The notes under the pieces: generated by a model | The model's database searches: none | Told to the model about the DNA's origin: nothing | Seen by the model: the letters and a program-made list of their open reading frames with translations, nothing else | Assembly: GCA_040954595.2 (NCBI GenBank) | Contig: CM082576.2 | Location: 17,593,028-17,657,027 of the forward strand | DNA length: 64,000 bases | Origin: Balanoglossus misakiensis | Taxonomy: Eukaryota; Animalia; Hemichordata | Direction of reading: 5' to 3' | Shown here: one piece after another, positions 1 to 13,000 of the stretch | Layout of the letters: each line of letters starts with the position of its first letter | Position numbering within the stretch: the first letter of the stretch is position 1 | Position numbers and translations under genes: made by a program

Positions 1-153
1 CATGTTACTGTTTAGAATAATGAAAATAAAGATCTGAGAAGAACCTAAGATTTAACTAAAAGATACTTGATGCATGAACTTCGCAGGAGACAGGCGTGTC
101 TGTTTAAAATAAGGATAGAGATTGCTATTGTTTTATAGAGGCTCGTGATTTAA

Positions 154-677
154 AGGGACAAAGTCTCTCTCTCACTGCCCTTTTTCCATTAAGTATGATT
201 AATACAGGACACCGGTGATGTTATTCTACATGTGGATATAAAGTGAATCAACGTTCGACCACACACAACTTCCATCCCGTTTGTAGACATGATAGTGAAA
301 AAAAACCCTCGCCAAAATGAATTTATCTCTATACCATTTATTCATTTTGGGCGAGTTTTTACTCTCATGTCATGTTTGATACAACACACAGTTTATGTTG
401 ATGTACATGTGTATATGTAGTGAACGATCGTTCAATCACGCACAACTTCCATCCCGCTTGTATGCAATGAGATTAAAAACTCGCCAAAAATGAATAAATG
501 GTAGAGACCGATTATTCATTTTGGCGATTTATTTTCACTCTCGTGTCTACAAGCGGTATGGAAGGTGTGTGTTATTGAACATTGATTCAATATTTGTCAA
601 CATGTACATTAACATAAACGGTGTCTTGTATCAAAAATAATTAATGGAAAAAGGGCAGCGAGAGAGACTTTGTCCCT
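154..677. mobile_element. Non-autonomous palindromic MITE, Kolobok-like (TTAA TSD, AGG..CCT ends)
   Basis: TTAA at 150-153 and 678-681. Termini agggacaaagtctctctc..ctgccctttttccattaa match the right end in reverse complement, and inverted symmetry continues inward. Confidence 0.8.
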
Positions 678-2903
678 TTAATGGTCGGATTGAAAAATAT
701 TTAAGATGCAAAAATGTAACTCTTTCTCAGCATACTGTTAATTCATATAAAAGAAACCTGTTCACGACACAAACTATTTTAATCACCATTAGTTCATTCT
801 GTTTAAAATGTGAGAATTAGAATTCTTCCGCTCAGTCATTTTTTATTTACTTTTCTTTATAAGACAGACAAATGTGTTAAAATGATAAACTAAAGGTCAA
901 TTTAAGACAAAAGGCAGAAATGCACTCCACAGATTTCCAAAAGAGAGACCACTGACTTCCATTTGTACGGTTGCCTTTGATAGTTGGCGAGCTGTCTTCT
1001 TTGCATATATGAAGGGAATAATTTTTTTATATTTTGGAATATGAATGAAATACCCATGTAAACCTCACGGGCTACTTTATATTCTGCCTTTTGGCGTAGT
1101 CTGTGTTACTTTTTTTATTCTGGGCTTGAAATCAAGTTTCAACAATAGTTGCTGACTGTATACATATCATTTGTGTTGACAATCCGTATACTGCGTATTT
1201 CACCATGCTTCAGAGTTTCAATCCAGAACTGTAGATAGTGAACAGAAAAACATATTAAAAATAGGTAAAATAACATGTATTAAAATATATATTAAAATTC
1301 AAACATTCGATTTTTTTTCTTGAAACATGACTAAGATACGTTTTAACCCTGAAAATGTGGCTATCTTCCTGTACATTATTCAAGATGAGAAGTAAATGAC
1401 CACAGTTTTTCTTAATTTTAAAAGTACATACAAGCATTTCTGTTATCAAACTACATGCTTTTATTTCAGTGGGTATTGGTAACTTATTAGCTTCAGTTCA
1501 TCGAATTAAATGTAGTACTTTATTTACCTGCACCATTTTGTCAGTCACATTTCTTATCAAAACTTTACGTAGCTAGCCTTTGGGCCAGAGGGGATTATCG
1601 CTTTCTCATAGCACTACCGCATTTGTTTGATACTGGTGTCTGGAGAATTTCAAAGGTATATTTTGCAAAATAAATTAGTATACATGTATATCCTCACAGT
1701 ATTTATAAGCGGTCTCATTAAACAGTGTGGAATTTCTGTTGTGAAATTGACCGTTGAATGTTTCAATTTGTCATCAAAAACGCCACGCAAATTTATTCAC
1801 ACATTGATTTTTTTAATTATTTTATCGGGCCATGTAGGGTAACGTTGAGGGTGAGTTACATTCAAATACTAACTAAAATTTTGAAATCTCTTAGAATGAT
1901 CTCAAATACTATTTTCCCCCAGCCTCCAGTTCCAGTATAGGTTGGGATTGTGATCGTATGTATTGCATATTAGTCAGTGATCATGTCAGCAGACCATTAC
2001 AGACACTTCCTCCCAGTATATAAGAATCTTGGACGGAACTATTTTTCTTTCTGAGAGAAAGAGCTGTGAGAACTGATTTTTCGTGCAATAATTCTGCGAG
2101 AAAAAGAACACACAATAAGACTGTGCGTGGTGAATATTCTCCATGTGTGACTCGAGAATCAAACCTTCTCGCCAGAAAGCTGTGAGAATAAATCTTGTAA
2201 TTTAGATGGAAGTTGCATATTGTGCACCGGCCCACAAAATACGAGATAGTGGTCACCAACCAACAAAAAATTGGTCTTTATCCCCACTCCCCAAACCAAA
2301 TGTAAAATCACGCTCCCTCCACCATGATAGAGAAAGTGAGAAACAGTGGCTGTATAACAAAAGGTAAATTGTCTACATTGTGCTCTTTTGAAAATTGGCC
2401 ATTGGACAAAAAACGCAAATCACATTTCTTACTGACCGGCCGGAAGGAATTTCAAGTCCTGAAGAGTTGTGGTAAGAAAAATGGACTCTTTCAGATTGAG
2501 TTAAATGTATGTTGCAAGAATGTTACTTCTCAAAATAAAAAGTGGGTATAGTTGCTCATAGATTGATCTTGAACGTGGGAAATAAGAGACTGGTTATAAC
2601 CAGAGAAATACTAGGACGGTCATTTTCCTTATAGTTCGGCAAAGAGTGTGTAGGTGGGAAAAAGAAAATTTTGTAAAATACGGTGCTCAAAGTTGCATTT
2701 TAATGAACTCAAAAGCAAATTATCTCAATGTTTGGGGGGACCAATTTTACTTTTTGCCACTCCACTCAAAGTTAGAAGATTTGGCGTCATCTTCGTCACG
2801 ACATCATTTATAAAACTTCTAATATATAGAAGATGCAGTGCGATTATGCGAAATAGTTTAAACGATTATTCTCCGTGAGTAGCAACCTCATAATTCCGTC
2901 GAT

Positions 2904-3586
2904 ATGTCTACGTATCAGATACCAGCGCCACAGCCTATGAATGTGAAGGGAGACGTTTCCACGAATTGGGACAACTTCAAAACGGCCTCGGGCATGGAAC
3001 CATTACATCACTGCCACTGAACTCAAAGATAAACACAACGTAGTTCCAGCAGGCGCACTTTGCAGTGTGATGGGGATGGAATGCGTCAAGGTAATGAATA
3101 GCCTTACCACCTTATCCGAAACAGATAAGAAAGATCAAGCAAGAATACTACAGGAACTCACTAGACATTTCAAGCCACAAAAGCATTTACTGTTCGTAAG
3201 GGTGGGAAGTTTGGATCAGCTAACCAAACTGAAAATGAATCCATTGATCAGTATGTGGTACGACTTCGTCAACTCACAGAGTCATGCGAATTCTCAGTGA
3301 CATTCGAATGTCAGTCTTATCAGAGACAGGCTGGTTATTGGCACTCATGATTCGCATACCAGAGACAGATTGCTGAGAGAACGCCCAGTTCCACATTTAA
3401 CACGATGTATAGAAGCACTTCGAGCAAGTGAACTGTCTAGAGAGCACAGAGAAAAGCTGAGAGGCACAGCTGAAACTCACGACACAGCTAGTGCACAGCG
3501 CACAAAAACAACATCGCTATGGCAACACGCGCAGCAGGCCTAAGACAGCAAAGCCATTTCGCAAGCATCAAACAGAATGCAGCAAG
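2904..3586 (+). pseudogene. Degenerate Gypsy LTR-retrotransposon gag, 5' part
   Basis: MSTYQIPAPQPMNVKGDVSTNWDNFK..., then across frameshifts YVVRLRQLTESCEF, LIRDRLVIG and RDRLLRE..L..CIEALRASE, which are typical gag motifs. Confidence 0.75.
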
Positions 3587-6500
3587 TAGTCTGTGGGCCG
3601 ACCCCTTAGAAACCTCCTAGAAATGGCACTTGTTTGTATAGGGTTTTCAGACTACTTAATTTCAGTTGCAAATGACAGTCAATGATGATCTAATACAAAA
3701 ACAGAAAAGTTCAACCAACTAAGTCTTGCCATTTTTTAGCATTTTGACGAAAAATGTCACTTTTTGCACTTTTTTCATAAAACCAATATAAGTCACCAAC
3801 GAAAACCAATATAAGTCACAAACACTTGTGTGGGATATATAATTATGTTGTTATGTCTTTAATAAATCATTAAGAAATTACCTCTTTACTTGTCAGAGCT
3901 CATATCATATGTTTTTTGAACCAAACAATGAGATTTTCACAGCTCATTTGCATACTCATGTCCGTCTGTCTGTCTGTCTATTGCCGATGTATATAACAGC
4001 CACATGACACAAGAATGTATTTGCATTACACAGAAAATAGTATCAGATTGGCATTTCAAGACCTTGAGCACATCAACATTTAAAGTACACTTCAACAATC
4101 AAACTGAATTACATTTAGTTGGCAAAGCTTTCAATTTGCAACAACCTTTCAATGTTTACCTCAGATTACATGAACAGCACATTTATTCAGTATCAATGTC
4201 AACATCTGAAGCGTTCTCATCACTGCCATCATTGCTGTCTCTTTCAACATTCTTGTTGCAACAGTTACAACACTGGCACAGTTCTGTGCATACAAGTTGA
4301 GCACCTCTACAAGAACACCGTGATGATGAGCATTCAGACTTTTACATTTGCAGCTCACAAACTTCATGACAGAGTCTGGTGCAACAGGCATCGTCATCCA
4401 ATGAATGGCCAGAGCAGAATCCCTTTTGATCCAGCCATTTCCATCTGGGTTTGGTGCATTCATCTTTGGTACCAAACATCTCCTGTAGACAGCAGTTTGA
4501 TAGTTCGCACGTTGTGAGTGTTTTATCAGACTGTCTCTGTTAGGAGGAAGGGAACTTTCACTATGCAGCCCTAAGCGGAAGCAGTTATATCTGGCCTCAC
4601 TAATGTTAGTACTCGTCTTCTGCCCATACAAGTCACATACAAATGCCTCTAATCGTGTCATCAATTCTTCAGATAATGTCCACGATTCACCTAACTGTTC
4701 GAATGTCTTAGTGTAGGCACTGCTGTGTAGCAACATGTTCACCATCTTCTTTTTGCCTTTGCCCCGGAAAGCACTAACACTATCACATCCTGAGAACACA
4801 TGGAGCCCGACAAGAGCTTGTGTAGTTGTGTTGTCTAAAGTCTCTTGTATTTGGTTAATATGTAACACTCTGCCATTTTTGCTGGTTTGGTGAAGGAACA
4901 GCTTGGTCTGAAGGAGATGAACACAACTTAGAGCTATCACAAAGACATCTGTGTCGGGGCTGCGAATGACAACATTATCTGCCTTATCAACAATGGATGC
5001 GTGCTGAGCATGAATGAACAATCTGGTGTCAGCCTCTTCATGGTCACAGTGTAATTCTGGCACCTCAGTCACCTTCATCGTACCATCCACAGACTGCATT
5101 TTGTAGCATCTCTCACCCTTAGTCACGTACAGTGTAACACCTTGCAAGCATTCTGCATCATATTCCTTCCATGATTCGAACAGGAAATTTATGAGCGACT
5201 CCTTGTTCTTACCAGAGGCCAGGAACTTCTTGAAGTTCTTTTGCATCTTGATTTCTGGTTTGGTAATTTTTATCTCACTGTACACACCACTTGATGCCCT
5301 ACGACTTCTCTCAGCAGACTTTATAGACGTTTCTTTGTACTGATCGATGACGAAGTCGATTCTGGCAGCACCATGTTTCAATGCAATTGCTCTAATTTGG
5401 TAGAAAAGGCTTGATGCAAATTCCCCAAAGGTAGCAGGTAGCTTAACTTGCATTTGTATCATTGCCATGGCATCGACAATGATGGCAGTATTTTCATCAA
5501 GGCTGAGGTCAACAACTGCTTCAGGATTTCTTGCTTCCATTAAGTGTGCAAGGACAGCTTTGTTTGTTTTTGTCATGCTTTCATCGAAATTAGCAAACAC
5601 TGCAGGTACAGGGCCAAGGGGGTACATCAAAACTTCATGAAGATCTAGATGTCTGACCTGTGCAATCATTAACATTCTACCCAGAAGATTTCTATTTTCC
5701 TTTATGGAGAGAGAACTGAGTGTGACTTTTGACTTCGGCTTCCTAGATAGGTCTGCAAAAGTTTTCAACTTCAAGACTTTCATCTTTTCGAACAAATCCT
5801 TTGTTCCTTCTGACAGACGTTCTTCCTGGAACTGTAAGTAGGCATCTTGGCCTTTTGTGTAGGCACTTAGCAGATCTGTTTTGATGTCTTCACTGGCAAG
5901 TGCACCAGATGTCAGATGAACCAGCTGATTATCACAATCAGCAACAAATGGTGACCCCATAGTAGTAAGTGTTGACATTACCTCCTGTACATCTGACTCA
6001 TCTTTGGCCATCCTTGTCTTTCTCAGATCTTTATGATCTGATTGCTTCCCTGTCTTACCAGCTTGTGAGTAAAGGGCATTGGTGATGGCAGAACGATAGG
6101 GATGACTTAAAATCCAGCGATTGAGTGCACCCTTGTTTTGGGTGAAGCCTACCAGGCCACCCTTAGTCTTCGACTCCCGATTGAAAGTTTGTTCAATGAC
6201 TTGATCACAAGCAGTCATGGAAAATGCATGGTCATCAGATCGCTGTACGGCAAATTCACCATCACAGAACTTCTCATAGACAGTGGGGTGGGTTTGTGGT
6301 AGAGCCAGCATCTCCTGAAGGTAGACTGGAAGGTAGCGGGAGTAGTTTACTCGGCCATATGCAAAGTACCATGGTAGCATCTTTTTTATGGCACATAGAT
6401 GTAAATGCCAGTCCCCCTCACGTGTTGCTCTTATGAAGAATAGCACCAGCTGCACCATATCCAAATACGAACTCCAAAAGTCATAGTTGACATTACTTTC

Positions 6501-9500
6501 ACGGCACCTCTGAATGTGGCATCTGTACTGAAGTTGGAGGTTGTTAACACTTTCTGTATTTACTTCAACGTTGAAGGTTTCTGGGTAACTTTCATATAAT
6601 TGAATGAGGGTACCAATAGCTGTCAAGTGCTCATCTCCTGGTAAGCCATCAAGAAATTCATTAAAACGGTGACGGTGCATGGCTTCAGCGACTAACTTAT
6701 GGCAGCGAATGCTTCTGTTATAATGGTGGCCACTCATCACACCATTTACTGAACCCTGGGCCAGAATACCAGACTCAATCATGATATCTTCCAGACCAGC
6801 ATCTCTGAATCGCTTCCCCACTGTTGCAAGGAAGGACATTGCCGTATGAAATTCTCCCAGACGTAGTACAAGGCGACTGGTGAATTCTTCACTCTGCCAG
6901 CGTATCTCCTGTGCCTTTGAATAAATTGCCTGATCCATATTAAAAACAACACTCTGTAAACATACTTTATCAGCTAAGTCAATACTTCTACTGAGAATTG
7001 TGTTTACAGTGGACATTTCTGTTGGGCTGGCATCTATAATTGGTAGATAACCAATTTTGCTGACAGGTGGAATGCTCCTTCCTGACAGTTGCTGGTTGAA
7101 TCCAGTCCATGAGGGCATGGTTATCCCTTCTTCAGCCTGCATGAGGAGAAAAAAAAAATACCCATCCCGCAGTTTTTAAAATTGGCAACATTTCAATGGA
7201 ATATGATTATAAATCACACTTTATTTCACATTAAAAAACTAAAGTTTGCAATTACTTATTGAAAACAATATGTTACTTCATTTGTCTTTGTGTGCGTTCT
7301 CCAAAAATAGAGATGAAATTTGAAATGTTAACTTTGGTTATTGAATGGGCATTAACAAAAAAATGTAACACACACCTGGACAGTCTTGCACATCCAAAAA
7401 GCCATGTCCTTTCTCAAAGGTTGCTCTTCCAGTGTTGCATCAGCAAACTCAATGTCGATACCTAATAAAATGTAACAAGGGAGTCAACTTGTTAAAAAAA
7501 CACCTTATGGAATTGTACAAATATTAAATTTATGCAAACAATCAAGCAATTAGAGCATCAGCTAGACACTACACTCCTGTAGCAATGTTTAGAATGTGGC
7601 TATAAGTTGCATTATTTTAGCCGCTAGTAGGTGCTACGCAAATGTAGTAAGCTTTTGACTGTTTTAACTACTAACAGCTGCAATCAATTTAAGTTGAAGC
7701 ACACACATTGCAACAACAATGTGGTGAGTTTGGACCACATTATTTGTATGATCTTGTCATTGAATTAATGCCTTAGATGCATATTTGGTCACATATAAAT
7801 ATGTAAAAATAAACTGTTTATGGTTGATGTAGTAATACTTCCAACGCATCATGCAAATAATAGTGTTAATATCAAATGATGATTAGGTTAGTAGCAACAA
7901 CTAGAAATAATGCTAACACTATTCAGTAAAGTTAACTCTATAGGGCTAAACATATATGTGTCATGATGGTCAAGCAAATCTGAAGTACTGAGAATGGGCA
8001 GAAATATATTAAAAAGTATTGGTAACAAGTCTTTAACTAAACAAAGTTCATAATTCACAAAAAAAACATGATCATGCATTCATGCATTTTATTACTTACA
8101 ACAATAACCAAATCCAATAACTTCAATGAACACAACGATGATGTAGCTAGCTTTATCATGTACAACCTGAGGGTGATGGGCCATGGCGAGGTCGTCCATG
8201 ATACTCAATAATATTGCTTGGTGGAACTTGTAATGTTCTTTGCTTGGACTTGGCAACTGCGACTGGATTGGTGGAGTAACTGTCACTTCCATCATCACCC
8301 GCCTGATTTCTCTGTATAATTATTCCATTCGTGTTGTGAGTTGTTCCTTTTCCTAATAAAACATGAAAATGATTGTACAATATTAAAATTACTATATTGG
8401 TAAATGCACATGGATCATAATAGACAAGAATACATTTACATTTAAAAAAATATTAAAACAGCCTTTCTTAGTACCTCATCAACAAAAAAGCCTTGTACAT
8501 GGATTTAAATAAGAATACATGTATGTGTACTTACCACTCAAAGTTTCTTCACCAAAGTCATTGTTGTCCCAAACTAATGTGGTAAACACTTCTTTACTAA
8601 ACCCTGGTGGGATACTTTCGCCTTGTTGAAGTTGTTGAAGAGCTAGAGCTGTGTCATGCTGCAAAACTACTGAATGTGACACACAATGACCCAATCCATT
8701 TAGTAATCCTATCAAAGACGAAGATCCAGTCAAGTGACGTACCGCCATACCAAGAGCCATGTGTTTAGGAGCGACTTTTCTTCCTTGAGATGACACAAAT
8801 ATTAAATCCTGGCAAATAGCTAACAACCGATTCTTAATGTCTGGAGGTACTTCAACACGCTCTTTGTCCAGAAAGTCATTTGATGAACCGGTACACCAAG
8901 CCAGGAAGTTGAAAAGTGTGACAGGTATCATGTTTTCAGTCTGCTGTATTGTTAGATCTTCAGCCTTTGGAGGAGGCCATACTTTAACACCATCAACTTT
9001 CTTAAGAATGTCACGAATGTGCATTGATGCATGGAACAATTCACGCATTTCATTGTTGGCACCTTCTGACTGTTGTACAGTGTCAGTGTCATCATCTTCA
9101 CCTTCACTTTCTGAATCTGTATTTGCCACATCCAGAAGATGAGCAGCAGATTCTTTCTTGGCTACAACAAGTTCACACATTTTCTTTTTGGGACGAAGAA
9201 ATTCTATCCTTTCCCCAAATCTCTTCTGGAGTCTTCTCTTTAGTGAGATATTTTTATATGTACATGCATCGATATTCTCTGTTTCCCCAATAATCTGGAT
9301 AAAGATATCTCTTAATGATGTCATCCGCATTATTTCATTACCATCGATTATTCTCTTCTGCACTATTTCTGTACATAGTTTCTTGAAGGATGGAGCATAC
9401 ATGATGCCACTTTCTTCCTCTGATTTCCGTTGATAAGTGCATGTAACACATTGGACATAGCTTCTGTAGCATGACTTATGGTATTTTAGCTCTATGCTAA

Positions 9501-10379
9501 CCAAGTCTTGATCTCTGAGCTGAAGTAGCAGTTTCTCATCTTTTTTCAATTCCGCTGCTTGAATCAGTGTTGAACCATCGGTTTCACATGAAGTCAGACT
9601 CTCTACAGATCGTTTTTGACTGAATGAGTCGCGTTTATATTTCACGCTCTTGCACAACAAGCATATAGGGGGTAGAATGTGTACACTTCGACGGCCAGCT
9701 TCTATAATGGCACTAGCGCCAGTTTTAGACCTCAAAGAACGCTTGGCTGGTGAGACTTGGTGTCCAATGCCATCAGTAGACCCTGGCGATTCATTGAACT
9801 CATTTGCAACAGGGGGTTTTCTGGGTTTACCTTTCTCTTTGCGCACCTCTGCTTGGCTGATACGATGTTTATCTGTGAAACGTTGATAGCATCTAGGGTG
9901 GAAACCCAGTCGCTCTCTCAAATCTGGATCAAATTGAAAGGAAACCTCTTTTTCCAATCCATCTAACTGCTTCCATTTTTCGACACATACTGTTAATTTC
10001 GCCCATGACGCATCGGAAAACGATTTAATCAGTTGTTTATCGCCATCTGCAACGTGACATGCACACTGTCTGTTTTCATCGTCCGCCATATTTGGTTGTT
10101 ATGAGACGCGATCGCTGATTGGTCAAGGCGAGAAACAGCCAATCACGAGGCTGCTTTGAACAGTAGCTTGGCAGACCATTCACGACCCCTGACCTTAAAC
10201 AACCCCCGGAAAATATGAAAAATTACGGCCAATTATTACGACTGTGTGCAACCGAGAGTGATTGAACTTTTTAAAAACTTATTTTATTGAGTTAAAACTG
10301 CAAGATTTCGTTGGATTCAAGTAGTGCTTAAGACCATGAGTGTAAAATGACACAAAAGACCCCTTCGGCCCACAGACTA
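3587..10379 (-). mobile_element. Full-length Academ (AcademX-type) DNA transposon
   Basis: Perfect 15-bp TIR tagtctgtgggccga (3587-3601) / tcggcccacagacta (10365-10379), TAG..CTA termini, 3-bp TSD AAG (3584-3586, 10380-10382). The flanking gag reads through when the element is removed. Confidence 0.9.
4183..10089 (-). CDS. Academ transposase with XPG/FEN1-like nuclease domain and C-terminal Cys-rich (CXC-like) domain; 4 exons, ~1590 aa; one apparent 1-bp frameshift near 4340
   Basis: Phase-consistent GT-AG exons 10089-8535, 8352-8167, 7461-7376 and 7136-4183. Motifs WDNNDFGEETLSGKGTTH, DQAIYSKA, LGEFH, and XPG-like DHEEADTRL / SPDTDV / GCDSVSAFRGKGKK. Confidence 0.85.
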
Positions 10380-10382
10380 AAG

Positions 10383-10460
10383 TTTCTGCAAATATAGTGG
10401 AGCAGCACACGATAGAGACAAAGCAAAATGTCAAGCCTATGGGAAGACTTGCAACGATTT
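10383..10460 (+). pseudogene. Continuation of the Gypsy gag (zinc knuckle) after the Academ insertion
   Basis: FCKYSGAAHDRDKAKCQAYGKTCND is a degenerate CxxCG..H...CPAYGKTC gag knuckle directly after the TSD. Confidence 0.8.
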
Positions 10461-10500
10461 GATGTTGTATATCCATCATACTATTAGCCTCAATCACCTA

Positions 10501-12267
10501 CCTTGCATTTTCGCCCAAAGAAAAGTTGGCAGAGCACAAGAATGTAGTTATTGAAGTGTACGTTACATTACTGTTTGTGTCCCGCCGTTGAAGTACCGGA
10601 CTTGCCAACTTTTCGACTCCGTTGATCGAATCCATGTCATCAACAACACATGGTAGTGTAGACACACTGAGGACTTTTATCATGACCGCTTCTGATATAC
10701 AACTATGGAAACCTTCAGCTATACCAAAGAGGTGGCATAGCATTTTCAGGCTTCTAGTCTTCCCAGTATCAACCTCTTTTGAAAAAGCAAATATTACAGG
10801 GATACTGCCTATGGTGGTGTAATGAAGACACATTAGGCCACCAGCGAGAATTCCTACTGCTGGCATGAAGTTATGCATAAACATGCCCTGTTGAGGAAAA
10901 AATGGAAAAAATATAGTCAGAAATATTAAAATAGAGACTGCGTATTATGACATTGCTCCAAGTCCAGCTATAATTTTATTATTGGGCCAACTAAGTCATG
11001 AGAAACAAAGCAATGAAGGGTGCGGCCCTTAATGTCTGTGGCATGTACATGCCTAAAGGTTTATTTTTTTTATGTCTGTTCCTATAAAGGTCTGGGAAAT
11101 TTTAACATTGATGGTGAGAAAAAGAGATTTTTCTCAAGGAGAAGTGTAAAAAGAAATGAAGCATGAAGTAAACAACTTCCCAGGCTATGAAATGGCCCAC
11201 CGCTATGATAAATGTAGTCTAGCTAGAATCCAGACTAGTGTTTTTTAGAGTGACTCACACCGGTGTAGACTCGAGGTCTTCTATAGTGTCTTTTACATTT
11301 CTTGCAAGTCAAAAGAACACAACATGAGATCATGTGGTAACCTCGCTGGCAAGGCATCGCATTTGGAGTTCTATTGATATACAAAAATGTTAAAGCCATG
11401 ATAGTAGACCTTGACTCCATATTGGTGTTAGTTTCACTACAAAAACACACCAGTTTGGATTACAGACTAAGATAAAGGATAAGAGTCTCTTTCAGAAACT
11501 TTTATCCGTGCAAAGTAAAAGAAGAATTTCATTTAATGCTGTATGCGACATGAAAGAAATTACTGTGGCATATTACACAATCATATTTTCTAGGATATTT
11601 CCTTGGATATTTACACAAAATGCCAAGGTATTCTAACGATTTTCAGTAGTGTAAATTTATGTTGCTTTACCTTGGTGGCGCTGGGTGGTGGCATCAATTA
11701 ATTTTCAGCATTCTACTCATCTATGGAAGTTTTTGATACATATAATGCAACGTATTATATTTTTAAACAGCTAAAACATAAAAAAAACCTTACTGTTGAT
11801 CTGCAAATAAAAAAAAAAATAACAGTACATAATGTAGGGAAAGGTAGGCAAAAATGTACTAAATATACCTGCATCAATTCCAACAGATTTTTCAGAGGTG
11901 CTTCAGTTGAACAAAGTGGTAGAGGTATTCTTGGAACAAAATATTTGATATCATCTGCCAGGATATACACTGGTTTCTCCAGAGGATAACCATCTTCAGA
12001 AAACTGCAACTGTGAAAGAATTATAGAGATAAATCTGTTACAGATATAACATTGAGAACAGACAATTATGGCAAGCAAACAAGAAGAGGAAAAAATGAAG
12101 GGATCAAATGTCACAATATATCACTAAAACTGAAATGGCCTTATCCCCCCCCCCCCCAAATGCAATATTTGTGCAAAATGTTAACATAAAAAAAGACATA
12201 AAATAGGAAATCAAAACAAAGAAATAAAATAATCTAAGGGCCTAAATACACAGTCGTACAAACTGTA

Positions 12268-12299
<32 letters not shown>

Positions 12300-13000
12300 C
12301 GATTTGAAAACAGACAAAATTTGAAAAAAATACTGAAATAAAAAAAGTGTCAACAGAATTAAATGCCTAGCAAACTGTCAACTCTAGGTAATAAGCCTTT
12401 GAATTAGACTTTGAGTTTGACTCATCCTTATCACAAAGTAGTTAGCTATCAGTCGATGTGTACATATGTACACAAACATTATTATTACCCAGACTGCTCA
12501 GAAAAGAGGTTAAAGAATTCTCATTGGTGACTATAAGTTCAGAACATGCATATAATTCAGAGCAGTTATGATTATAAAAAGCTAACGTACTTCATTTGAC
12601 AGTACAAACATTTTTTTCAATTGGTTGAAAACCAATCATTTTTGTACTGTTTAAGTGACCACCTGTTCATTTGCATTAAAAGTGGACACTTTTTGTTGGA
12701 TATAGCTGAATAACTCCTCCCTCTTCAGGGAGCAAATTACCCCCAGTTTGGTTTGGTTATTAATACACTAAACCAATTTTTCAGTGCTTGACAAATCGTC
12801 CATGGTAATAATACAATTACTGAAAATAAAAAAACAATGAAATAAAATTATAAATAAAATTCACATATGTGTATGCGAGAAACTATCAAAAATCAAATAA
12901 CCACTGTGCTACCTGCAGCAGGTTTGGATTTTAAAAATGCACTTTCAGCATTTTTTATTTGACTTCTGCATATTTTTAACGATTGGTAAGAGCAGGTAAA
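10501..13000 (-). pseudogene. Multi-exon remnant of an unknown P-loop NTPase (Walker A DTGKT, Walker B CVVDD)
   Basis: Exon-like blocks with AG/GT boundaries at ~13000-12913, ~12750-12591, ~12009-11869 and 10887-10501. The last reads HNFMPAVGILAGGLMCLHY..VIFAFSKEVDTGKTRSL..STLPCVVDD. Confidence 0.55.
11215..11469. mobile_element. Candidate Academ-type MITE
   Basis: Imperfect TIRs tagtct..aatccagactagtgttttt / aaaaacacaccagtttggattacagacta, with the same TAGTCT terminus as the Academ. No TSD evident. Confidence 0.45.

Noticed and set aside
700-2880. Short ORFs and a possible LTR/PBS upstream of the gag remnant
   Set aside because: No protein motifs. The tggcgtca at ~2782 is too weak to call a PBS, and no LTR pair is visible.
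4161-7142. 993-aa ORF as a stand-alone gene
   Set aside because: Its ATG lies in the splice acceptor region. It is exon 4 of the Academ gene and its tail is frameshifted.
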